From a bacterium (lineage in GTDB: Bacteria; Patescibacteriota; Patescibacteriia; UBA1558; S5-K13), in NCBI GenBank assembly GCA_029555085.1, contig JAKPTO010000017.1:1-17616 (forward strand): DNA of 17,616 bases. The letters run 5' to 3'. The position numbers and the translations under genes were made by a program. Shown in pieces: positions 1-8,558 of this stretch (position 1 is the first letter of the stretch; the number at the start of each line of letters is the position of its first letter). Below the pieces are notes generated by a model. It searched no databases. It was not told where the DNA came from and worked only from the letters and a program-made list of their open reading frames with translations.

Positions 1-523
1 CAACAGCTAAATGCACATTTGCACTGTCATCGTTTTTAAATGATTCTTTTCCAGCTTTTAATTCCTTAATCATTTTTTCAATATCATTATCAATTGTTCC
101 GCTCTTTGGGTTTGGCATAAGACCTTTTTGACCCAAAATTTTCGCAATTGGAGCAATTTTTGCCATCATTTCGGGTGTTGCAACAGCTATATCGAAATCA
201 CACTTACCTGTTTTTCTAATTTTTTCTATATATTCATCATCTCCAATTATATCAGCTCCTACTGATTTTGCTTCCTGAGTTTTTGTTGTAAAAGCAACTA
301 ATCTTTTTATTTTGCCATTTCCATGTGGAAGAATAACTGTTGATCTTACAATTTGTTCACCTTTTTTAGGATCAATGCCTAATGATACATGAGCTTCTAT
401 TGAAGCATCAAATTTTACAGCTGGCATTTCTTTTAAAATTTTTACAGCTTCAGAAATGGTATAAACTTTGCTTGCATCAACGCTTTTTTTTATGGCTTTC
501 ATTCTTTTTGACAATTTTGTCAT
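1..523 (-). CDS. rplA: 50S ribosomal protein L1 (3' end runs off the window)
   Basis: Not in the ORF track. Manual translation from ATG at 523: MTKLSKRMKAIKKSVDASKVYTISEAVKILKEMPAVKFDASIEAHVSLGIDPKKGEQIVRSTVILPHGNGK...IAKILGQKGLMPNPKSGT, typical L1 motifs; lies downstream of rplK. Confidence 0.98.
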   Translation of the reverse strand, partial: MTKLSKRMKAIKKSVDASKVYTISEAVKILKEMPAVKFDASIEAHVSLGIDPKKGEQIVRSTVILPHGNGKIKRLVAFTTKTQEAKSVGADIIGDDEYIEKIRKTGKCDFDIAVATPEMMAKIAPIAKILGQKGLMPNPKSGTIDNDIEKMIKELKAGKESFKNDDSANVHLAV

Positions 524-538
524 ATATTTTACTTTCTT

Positions 539-590
539 TTGAGGTGCAAACCCTTCCTCGCCAATTTCCAAAGGCCAAAAGGTCCCTCAA
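539..590 (-). promoter_or_regulatory. Candidate L1-binding autoregulatory RNA leader of rplA
   Basis: GC-rich island in an AT-rich spacer. Minus strand reads TTGAGG-GA-CCTTTTGGCC...GGCGAGGAAGGG-TTTGCA-CCTCAA: outer stem TTGAGG/CCTCAA, asymmetric internal loop beginning at GGGA, inner stem; ends 15 nt before the rplA ATG. Confidence 0.65.
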
Positions 591-599
591 TTAATATTA

Positions 600-1019
600 T
601 TAAACTGTTTCTTCCTCGCGCTTTTCCTTTTTTATAATTCTCCAATGCATAAAATATATTGGAAATCCCACAAGAATCATTGCTATGGCGTTGGAAGCTT
701 CTCTTTGTCTATTTGATACTGCTGGATTATAATTTTTGGAATTTTCTTTCCAATTTTGATAATCCTCAAGCCATAATTCTATATTAGCTCTATCTTCTTC
801 TGTGAGATTTTCACAATTTTTTAATGCTTCTACTTGAGCTACAGAGTCTCGTAAATAAAGTTCATTTGGTCCATTGTAGTAATTATAATCCACTTGTTTA
901 AATACAAATGCCTTAAGTGTTGTATTTATAGCCATAACTGACCCTATTATAAAAACAATAAGACCAATTGATGTCATGAGATACAAATAAATCATTCTAA
1001 CCCATGAAATTTTCTTCAT
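600..1019 (-). CDS. Two-TM membrane protein, DUF5671-like
   Basis: N-terminal 'RMIYLYLMTSIGLIVFIIG' and C-terminal 'AIAMILVGFPIYFMHWRII' helices flank a soluble loop; matches the DUF5671 pattern as recalled. Confidence 0.75.
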   Translation of the reverse strand: MKKISWVRMIYLYLMTSIGLIVFIIGSVMAINTTLKAFVFKQVDYNYYNGPNELYLRDSVAQVEALKNCENLTEEDRANIELWLEDYQNWKENSKNYNPAVSNRQREASNAIAMILVGFPIYFMHWRIIKKEKREEETV

Positions 1020-1088
1020 ACAATTTAATTTTAATTTTTTTACTATAAAGTAAATTAATTAATTTATTATTCAAAATCGAAACTGAGC

Positions 1089-1511
1089 TTACTCAATTTT
1101 TACGCCCATTTGTTTTGCAGTGCCTTCTATAATTTTTATCGCTGCTTCAATATTGTAAGCATTTAAATCTGGTAATTTTTTCTCTGCAATCTCTTTAACT
1201 TGGGCTTTTGTAATTGTTCCCACTTTATCTGTTAATGGGTTTTTTGCGCCCTTTTGAATTCCAGCGGCTTTTTTAATTAATTCTGGCGCTGGAGGAGTTT
1301 TTAACACAAAGCTAAAACTCATATCTTCAAAAATTGTAATAACAACTGGAACAACATCGCCCATTCTATCTTTTGTTGCGTCATTGAATTTTGTACAAAA
1401 ATCCTGAATATTTACACCATGTTGACCAAGTGCTGGACCAACTGGTGGGGCTGGATTTGCCTGACCAGCTTTTATTTGTAATTTTATAGTTGTTTTAATT
1501 TTTTTTGCCAT
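1089..1511 (-). CDS. rplK: 50S ribosomal protein L11
   Basis: [26 protein letters not shown] and KTPPA motifs; 140 aa. Confidence 0.99.
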   Translation of the reverse strand: MAKKIKTTIKLQIKAGQANPAPPVGPALGQHGVNIQDFCTKFNDATKDRMGDVVPVVITIFEDMSFSFVLKTPPAPELIKKAAGIQKGAKNPLTDKVGTITKAQVKEIAEKKLPDLNAYNIEAAIKIIEGTAKQMGVKIE

Positions 1512-1566
1512 ATAATTTTCTAATCTTGTTCAAGAAGCAGGCCTAATGGCCATGAACAATAATAAT

Positions 1567-2112
1567 TTATATTCTCTTAATTTGTAAAAAATCTAATTCT
1601 ACTGGGGTCTCTCTTCCAAACATTGAAACAAGCACTTTTACCTTTCCGTGATTTTGATCAATGCTTGCAACTTTTCCTTCAAAATCTTTAAATGGTCCGT
1701 CGATAATTTTTACTGCATCGCCCTTTTCTACATCAATTTTATATTCTGGTTCCTCCACTCCCATTCTTTTCTGTAATACTTTTACTTCTTCATCTGTCAT
1801 TGGAATAGGTGTTGTTCCTGTTCCTATAAAACCAGTTACATTTGGGGTATTTCTTACAACATACCAAGAGTCGTCGGTAACAAACATTTTTACCAAAACA
1901 TAACCTGGAAAAATTTTCTCCCTAACGGTTTTTCTTTTTCCATTTTTAATTTTTATCTTTGTCTCTGTAGGAATAAGAACTTCAAAAATTTTATCCTTCA
2001 TATTCATTGACTCAATTCTTTCCTCTAAATTTCTTTTTACATTTTCTTCATACCCAGAATAAGTATGTATAACATACCACCTTGTTCCTAAACTTTCGTT
2101 TTGCTTTGCCAT
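1567..2112 (-). CDS. nusG: Transcription termination/antitermination factor NusG
   Basis: WYVIHTYSGYE, FPGYVLV, RNTPNVTGF, KOW domain (GPFKDFEG), MFGRETPVEL. Confidence 0.99.
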   Translation of the reverse strand: MAKQNESLGTRWYVIHTYSGYEENVKRNLEERIESMNMKDKIFEVLIPTETKIKIKNGKRKTVREKIFPGYVLVKMFVTDDSWYVVRNTPNVTGFIGTGTTPIPMTDEEVKVLQKRMGVEEPEYKIDVEKGDAVKIIDGPFKDFEGKVASIDQNHGKVKVLVSMFGRETPVELDFLQIKRI

Positions 2113-2118
2113 TTTATT

Positions 2119-2304
2119 TTATTTAATAAGTATTGTTAAAATTGCAGATAATAAAAAATCTGTAAGACCCAAAAAAAGCGCCACAACAATACTCACAAAG
2201 ATTACTTGTAGTGTTTTTTTGGTGGTTTCTTTCTTGCTTGGCCAAACAACTTTTCTTAATTCTTTTATTGAATCTTTAATGTACTGAATTAATTTATTAA
2301 ACAT
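2119..2304 (-). CDS. secE: Preprotein translocase subunit SecE (single-TM type)
   Basis: ELRKVVWPSKKE motif followed by one TM helix; directly upstream of nusG. Confidence 0.97.
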   Translation of the reverse strand: MFNKLIQYIKDSIKELRKVVWPSKKETTKKTLQVIFVSIVVALFLGLTDFLLSAILTILIK

Positions 2305-2356
2305 ATAATTAATTTCATCAATAATAAAAACATAGTCTCTTGACTAATATACGATT

Positions 2357-2384
2357 ATTATACTAATAATAAAATAAAAGTCAA
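2357..2384 (-). promoter_or_regulatory. Sigma70-type promoter for secE-nusG-rplK
   Basis: Minus strand TTGACT-16 nt-TATAAT, about 50 nt upstream of the secE start. The AT-rich background limits certainty. Confidence 0.65.
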
Positions 2385-2421
2385 TAGTTGATTATAATAA
2401 ATTTTTAATATAAAATTTTAT

Positions 2422-4584
2422 CTAAAAATCTAATTTTTTAACATCTACTAGGTTTCTTTCTGAAATAACATTTATTCCTCTTTCGCCTATAATATACAAA
2501 TAATCATTAATATAAATAGCTCTTTTAATAGCTGTTTCGCTTAATGCTCTACCCAATGTTAATTTATTAGGAGTGTAATTAAAAATATAAGCTCCCCTTG
2601 AACCAGGTATAAAGAATAATTTATTATCCTTATCAAGTAAAAAAGCTCTGTGATTGTTTTGTATTTCTGTCCAATATTCATCTAGCATATATTTATCTAT
2701 TTCCTGAGGATCGCTTGGATTAGACACATCAAACATAGAAAGTTTGACTTTACTACCCTCCTTGCCTATACCCAATATAATATCATCTGATAATGGATGC
2801 AAATAAGATGAATAACCCGGAATCTTTAATTCGCCTTTGAGTTGTGGATTTTTTGGATTAGATAAATCTAAAACATAAAACGGATCTACCTGTCTAAATG
2901 TAACAACATAGCCCCTATCCCCTAAAAATCTCACCGAATAAATTTTTTCTGTTTTTCCAAGATCTTTAACTGAACCAATTATATTTAAACTATTGTCCAA
3001 TACATAAACATCATTTAAACTTTCTCCGCTGGAAAAAACTGAAAAACCATCACCAATTGTTGTTGCAACTCTTAAATTGTTATTGTATTCATCTAGTGCG
3101 AATTGGTTTAATGTTCTCCCTGGAACGCTTCCCACTGAATTAATATTAAACTTATCTAAGGCAATTTTTACAATACCAGTCTGCTCTAATTCTCTTTTGT
3201 GTTTACTATAATAACTCTCCATTCTATTTTGCATTTCATTTTCAACTTTTAACTGTTCATCCTCGCTCAATGAATAAATATACTTTTGAAAAATAACACC
3301 AAATTCCTGCATTTTAGATTCTTGACTTATGTCATAATTCATTAACTCTCCTAATTTCTTGACAACTGCTTCTGGGAAAATATCCCTCGCTTCTTCATTA
3401 ATAAAATTATAAAAAAACTTTATTATATCATCTGAATAGTGGTATGTAATATATAAATTATTTTCCGACATATAAACAACGGAATTGCTTGCAGAACCTA
3501 TAAACGAAATTTTATCTTCTATATTACCGTCCTGGGGATTTATTTTCATAGCAATAAAAGTAGAATCAGTATTAATTGGTGTTTCTGGATAATAGATATC
3601 CGAACACATTATGTTGACTTTTTTACCAGAAACACTGAGTGGTACTATCGGACATGGCGAGAATTCATTAATTGAATTTACTGTAACTAAATATATTTTA
3701 TCATTGTACATTCTGGATTGAACAATTCTACTTTTATCAAGTGTAATATTCCATTTCTGTTCTGGGGATTTAATATTTGAAATATCATATCCATAAATCT
3801 CTTTTCCTTGAAAAATTACCAACATTTTATCATATAAAAACATTTCTCCGGCTCTTTCTATTTTAGAAACAAGCTCTAAATCTTCTATTGGTAGAGCCTT
3901 TATTATTTTTATATCTGAAGTATACCTTGGTAATTCCGCTGTTTTTGTTCTTTCACTTAAAACAATTCCATCAACCACTACTCCCCCAGACCTAGAATAT
4001 GAATTATTTGAAGAAAAATAAATATATTTTCCGTCTGTTTTAACTATATCTGACTCATCAATATTTAATACCTGAACATTTGTTTGAGAAACTCTATCAA
4101 CGGAAGAAGTCAATGCTTGTTTAGTACTAGCCAATCCAACATCCGAAATACTACCAACATCATCTCTTGCAAAACCCGTACTAAATTCAGTATCAGGAGA
4201 TTTTAAAGTATTCATTCCGACACTAGCATTAAAAAAACCATAATAAGAACTTTGAGGCGCTTTTGTTAAATATTCTTTAAACTCCTCTTCTGAATTAAAT
4301 TTTTTAATCTGAGGGGTTTCAAAATTTTCATCTTTTTCCTGATTTAATATAACATTGTCTTTTTTGTTTGATTTTTTATTTTTAACTAAAAAATCCCTAT
4401 ACAAACAAAGCTCAAATAATAAACCAGCGATGATCACTAATCCACAAACAGCGATCCAAATGTATTTTTTATTTTTATTTATTGATCCATTATAATCTCC
4501 AATATTTGGCTGTGGAGTTGTTTGCGTTTGGGACGATTGTTGTAATATGTCATGCACTATGTTGTCCTTTTTTGGTTTTGGCAT
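2422..4584 (-). CDS. Membrane-anchored secreted protein with C-terminal beta-propeller domain (Beta_propel family)
   Basis: N-terminal TM helix; family motifs SQTNVQVLNIDESDIVKTDGKYIY, LNQFALDEYNNNLRVATT, EKIYSVRFLGDRGYVVTFRQVDPFYVLDLS, GELKIPGYSSYLHP. Confidence 0.9.
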   Translation of the reverse strand: MPKPKKDNIVHDILQQSSQTQTTPQPNIGDYNGSINKNKKYIWIAVCGLVIIAGLLFELCLYRDFLVKNKKSNKKDNVILNQEKDENFETPQIKKFNSEEEFKEYLTKAPQSSYYGFFNASVGMNTLKSPDTEFSTGFARDDVGSISDVGLASTKQALTSSVDRVSQTNVQVLNIDESDIVKTDGKYIYFSSNNSYSRSGGVVVDGIVLSERTKTAELPRYTSDIKIIKALPIEDLELVSKIERAGEMFLYDKMLVIFQGKEIYGYDISNIKSPEQKWNITLDKSRIVQSRMYNDKIYLVTVNSINEFSPCPIVPLSVSGKKVNIMCSDIYYPETPINTDSTFIAMKINPQDGNIEDKISFIGSASNSVVYMSENNLYITYHYSDDIIKFFYNFINEEARDIFPEAVVKKLGELMNYDISQESKMQEFGVIFQKYIYSLSEDEQLKVENEMQNRMESYYSKHKRELEQTGIVKIALDKFNINSVGSVPGRTLNQFALDEYNNNLRVATTIGDGFSVFSSGESLNDVYVLDNSLNIIGSVKDLGKTEKIYSVRFLGDRGYVVTFRQVDPFYVLDLSNPKNPQLKGELKIPGYSSYLHPLSDDIILGIGKEGSKVKLSMFDVSNPSDPQEIDKYMLDEYWTEIQNNHRAFLLDKDNKLFFIPGSRGAYIFNYTPNKLTLGRALSETAIKRAIYINDYLYIIGERGINVISERNLVDVKKLDF

Positions 4585-4744
4585 ATTTTTATTTTAATTA
4601 TTATATATATAAATAATAACACTATTGAAAAAATTAAAAAATACCTATTTCAAAAAATTAACACAATTTTCAATATTATTAATTTTTGGCAACCCTCCAA
4701 ATTCAAAACATCCTAAAAGTTTACAAATTATAATATAAATTAAT

Positions 4745-7402
4745 TTAAATGTTTGTTTTGTGCTTAACAATAAAATAATATTTCACCACTTCAATCAAAA
4801 CAACATTAATTAACGCTAAGCCCCCTATAATCAACCACGAAGACAAAGAAATGGCTACAGTGCCCAATAACCTATTTAAAAATGGTAAATATATAGCAGA
4901 TAATAATCCAACAACGCTTAGAAACCACGCTCCTATTAAAAATTTATTATCAAAAAAATTTATATTCCACAAATTTTTTCTCAAACTCTTGCAACAAAAT
5001 ACATAACATATAGAATCTATTGCCAAAGATGCAAAAACCATGGTTCTTACATAATTTATATTATGATTATTTTTCCAGAGCCAAAAAAATAATCCCAAAA
5101 GCACAATATCCGTTATTAATCCAACAACAAAAATAATTATTTTCATTTCTCTTGTTAATAAAGAAATATTTTTACCCTGTGGTTTCTGCTTCATTAAATC
5201 TTTTTCTTTTGGCTCAAATGCTAGAGCAATATTAGGCAGACCATCTTCTATCAAATTGATCCATAAAATCTGAACAGCAGTAATTGGCAAAGGAAATCCT
5301 AACATTATACTCACACCTATCAAAACTATTTCTGTAAAACTATCTGATAAAAGATATGTAATTACTTTTCTTATATTATCTAAAATTGCCCTTCCCTCTT
5401 CTACAGCCGAAACAATAACAGAAAAATCATCCGTTAAAAGAACTATATCGGAAACTTCTTTAGCAACTTCTGTTCCAGAGCCCAGAGCAACTCCTATATT
5501 AGCCTGTTTTAGCGCTGGAGCGTCATTTATTCCATCTCCCGTCATAGCAACGACTTCTCCAGCATCTTGCCAGGCCTTGATAATTCTTAATTTATGTCTA
5601 GGTTCAACTCGAGCATAAATATCTATATCTCTAAATCTAGATTTAAATTCTTCGTCTGACATTTTTTCTAAATCACTGGCTTCTAAAATATTTTTATCTT
5701 CTATCTTTAATCCTAACTTATTTGCAACTGATTTTGCTGTTAATTTATGATCTCCTGTAATAATAATAGTCCTCATTCCAGCTTGATAGCATGTTTGTAT
5801 TGCTTGTTTTGCTGATTTACGAATAGGATCTTCTAAAAAAATAAATCCTGCAAAAATTAAGTCATTAATTGATTCTTTTAAATTAATTTTTTGATTTTCT
5901 ATATTTTTATAAGCCACTCCTAAAACTCTGTACCCGTCAGTAGTTAATTGTTCATATTTTTCCATTAAAGCGCTCTTTATCTCTCGATTTATTTCAATTC
6001 TCTGATTTTTTGAATGTAAATATTTTGATTTTTTTAAAATTACCTCTGGAGCACCCTTTGCATAAATAATATTTTCTTTACTATTAATAGCTGATTTTCG
6101 TAGGGTAGCAGAATATTTATACTCAGAGCTAAATGGAACTTGATCAATTTGCGGTTCTAAATTTTCTAATTGATTTTTAACAAATCCATATTTAGAGCCC
6201 TCTAAAATTATTGGTTTTTCTGTTGACATTCCTATAATTTTCCAATTCTCAGGCTTGGCATCTGGATTTTCAATAAAAGATTCACTACACAAAATAGCAA
6301 TCTTAACAACCAAACTTTTGTCTTCTAAATTTTCATCGGGATATGTGTAAACTCCCGCTACGCTCATTTTTGCTTTTGTTAATGTTCCTGTTTTATCAGT
6401 TGCGATTATAGATGTACTACCCAGAGTTTCAGCAGCAGACAACTTCCTTACTAAACCTTTTTTCTTAAAAATTTTCTGCATACCAAGGGCCAAGATGACT
6501 GTCATAGACACTGGTAAACCCTCAGGAATAGATGCTACCACCACAGCAACAGCTGTAATAAACATTTCAAAAAAACCTCTACCAACTATAATTCCCTGAA
6601 TAAAAATAGCAAAACAAATTAACGCTATAACTATTCCAAGAATTCTAGAAAAATGAGCTAGTTTTTTTTGATAAGGTGTTTTGTCCTCTTTTGTCCCTTT
6701 GACTAGACTAGTAATTCTACCAATTTCTGTTTTTAATCCAATACTTGTAACAATAAATTTAGCACGACCGTCTTCAACAACAGTACCCATATAAACCATA
6801 TTATCTCTATCTGCAAGCGGGGTATTGTCTTTTAAAATTTTATTATTTTTTGATGCTGGTAACCATTCTCCTGTCAATGCTGATTCATTGACTTTTAAAT
6901 TATCAACCTCTATTAACCTGCCATCTGCTGGTACTTTATTTCCGGGTTTTAACAAAACAATATCACCTGGGACAAGTTCATCTGCTAAAATTTCTATTTC
7001 CCTATTAGCCCTTAAAACAATAGCATTTATACTCAAAACATTCTTTAATTTTCTTAATGCTTTCGATGATTTACTTTCTTGTATATAGCCAACAAATGTA
7101 TTCAAAAATACAGCAACAAAAATAACTATAGAATCTGTATACTCTTTCAGCAATAAAGTTACAATTCCTGCAAACATTAAAATATAGATCAATGAATTCT
7201 TGAATTGTTCAAAAAAAATCCTCAACTGAGATAATGGTTTCTCTTGGGGAAGTTTATTTCTTCCAAATTTTTCTTGATTAATCCTAACCTGATCCAATGA
7301 TAAACCTATGCTTGAATCAGAATGAAAATGTTTTATTACCTCCTCTGCGGAAACAGTATGCCAAATAATTTTACTGTCTACTTCTTGTAATTTACTATTC
7401 AT
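4745..7402 (-). CDS. Cation-transporting P-type ATPase (P-IIA / Ca2+-ATPase-like)
   Basis: DKTGTLT phosphorylation site, PEGL in TM4, KGAPE, TGD, GDGINDAPAL; 885 aa; several ion-site substitutions. Confidence 0.95.
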   Translation of the reverse strand: MNSKLQEVDSKIIWHTVSAEEVIKHFHSDSSIGLSLDQVRINQEKFGRNKLPQEKPLSQLRIFFEQFKNSLIYILMFAGIVTLLLKEYTDSIVIFVAVFLNTFVGYIQESKSSKALRKLKNVLSINAIVLRANREIEILADELVPGDIVLLKPGNKVPADGRLIEVDNLKVNESALTGEWLPASKNNKILKDNTPLADRDNMVYMGTVVEDGRAKFIVTSIGLKTEIGRITSLVKGTKEDKTPYQKKLAHFSRILGIVIALICFAIFIQGIIVGRGFFEMFITAVAVVVASIPEGLPVSMTVILALGMQKIFKKKGLVRKLSAAETLGSTSIIATDKTGTLTKAKMSVAGVYTYPDENLEDKSLVVKIAILCSESFIENPDAKPENWKIIGMSTEKPIILEGSKYGFVKNQLENLEPQIDQVPFSSEYKYSATLRKSAINSKENIIYAKGAPEVILKKSKYLHSKNQRIEINREIKSALMEKYEQLTTDGYRVLGVAYKNIENQKINLKESINDLIFAGFIFLEDPIRKSAKQAIQTCYQAGMRTIIITGDHKLTAKSVANKLGLKIEDKNILEASDLEKMSDEEFKSRFRDIDIYARVEPRHKLRIIKAWQDAGEVVAMTGDGINDAPALKQANIGVALGSGTEVAKEVSDIVLLTDDFSVIVSAVEEGRAILDNIRKVITYLLSDSFTEIVLIGVSIMLGFPLPITAVQILWINLIEDGLPNIALAFEPKEKDLMKQKPQGKNISLLTREMKIIIFVVGLITDIVLLGLFFWLWKNNHNINYVRTMVFASLAIDSICYVFCCKSLRKNLWNINFFDNKFLIGAWFLSVVGLLSAIYLPFLNRLLGTVAISLSSWLIIGGLALINVVLIEVVKYYFIVKHKTNI

Positions 7403-7456
7403 TTTTTATAATTTACATTATTAAATAAATTTATATAAAAACATAAACTATTATAT

Positions 7457-7465
7457 ATTGTATCA
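7457..7465 (-). promoter_or_regulatory. Possible extended -10 promoter for the P-type ATPase
   Basis: Minus strand TGATACAAT about 55 nt upstream of the ATG at 7402. Confidence 0.4.
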
Positions 7466-7508
7466 CAAAGACCTAAATTTATTAAAATTATTAATATTTC
7501 AATTTTTA

Positions 7509-7517
7509 TGCTAAAAT
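7509..7517 (+). promoter_or_regulatory. Possible extended -10 promoter for the antiporter (leaderless geometry)
   Basis: TGCTAAAAT, separated by 7 nt from the ATG at 7525. Confidence 0.5.
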
Positions 7518-7524
7518 TATATAC

Positions 7525-8469
7525 ATGGATTTAATATTATATATTATTGCATTAATAATACTTTTCGGCATACTTGGATTAAGTGCCGATTTTTTAGTTC
7601 ACAATATAAAAATAATATCTCGCAAACTTGGAATTAAAATATTTACACTTGGGGTTGTATTGGGTATTATGACATCTCTTCCGGAAATGGCTGTTAGCAT
7701 AAATTCCATAATAAATGGGATTCCAAATGTATCTGTTGGTAACTTAATGGGAAGTGTGATGGTTATACTTGGATTAATTCTTGGAATTAGTTTAGTTTTA
7801 AATAGAAAAATCCGCACAGATGGGGATATGAAATACCTAATACCACAACTCGGAGTTGTTTTTATTCCATTTATTCTTGGGCTTGATAAAAAATTCGGAG
7901 TTTTGGATGGCATCATAATGATTGTAATTTACATAGCTTTATTAATTTATCTATACCAAATAAGTAAAAAATATAAAAATGTTCAAGTTTCTATAATCAA
8001 AGAACAAAAAATTCTCCAATCAATTTTCTTTAGTATAATTTCAGCAATAATAGTTATAGCGTCATCCTATGTAATTGTAAAACTATCAGTAGTATTATTA
8101 AATAGATTAGAAATAAAACCATTTATCCTTGGAATGTTTATATTTTCTATTGGAACAAATTTACCAGAAATTACTGTTGCTATTACATCTTGGAAGAAAA
8201 AATCGCCAGAATTATCCGTTAGTCATCTCATGGGCTCCATAATAACAAATGTCCTTATTTTAGGATTCATGAGTATAATAAAACCCATAACAATAAATCT
8301 AGAACATTCTTATACAATACTAATGTTTTTTGTAGCGATTATACTAATCCTCACTGCAATATTTTATAAAACAAAAAAATCCCTTGATAGAATAGAGGGC
8401 GTATTTTTAATTCTTACATATTTAGCATTTTTATATGTAACTCTTGTAATGCAAATAAAAATAATTTGA
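7525..8469 (+). CDS. Sodium/calcium antiporter, CaCA family (YrbG-like)
   Basis: About 10 TM helices; alpha-repeats GIMTSLPE...GNLMGS and GTNLPE...SHLMGSIITN. Confidence 0.92.
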   Translation: MDLILYIIALIILFGILGLSADFLVHNIKIISRKLGIKIFTLGVVLGIMTSLPEMAVSINSIINGIPNVSVGNLMGSVMVILGLILGISLVLNRKIRTDGDMKYLIPQLGVVFIPFILGLDKKFGVLDGIIMIVIYIALLIYLYQISKKYKNVQVSIIKEQKILQSIFFSIISAIIVIASSYVIVKLSVVLLNRLEIKPFILGMFIFSIGTNLPEITVAITSWKKKSPELSVSHLMGSIITNVLILGFMSIIKPITINLEHSYTILMFFVAIILILTAIFYKTKKSLDRIEGVFLILTYLAFLYVTLVMQIKII

Positions 8470-8479
8470 ATTTTAAAAT

Positions 8480-8514
8480 AAAAGACACATCTCTTTTTGA
8501 GATGTGTCTTTTTT
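8480..8514. terminator. Bidirectional intrinsic terminator
   Basis: Perfect 14-bp inverted repeat AAAAGACACATCTC-ttttt-GAGATGTGTCTTTT between the convergent antiporter and DUF2207 genes. Confidence 0.9.
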
Positions 8515-8558
8515 ATAACTACTTTTATAATCAAATAAATATATTAAATTATCTAGAA

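Noticed and set aside
382-594. 70-aa plus-strand ORF
   Set aside because: Antisense to rplA and its leader.
2305-2421. Expected tRNA-Trp or rpmG upstream of secE
   Set aside because: The spacer is very AT-rich, with no cloverleaf or ORF; only a promoter is seen.
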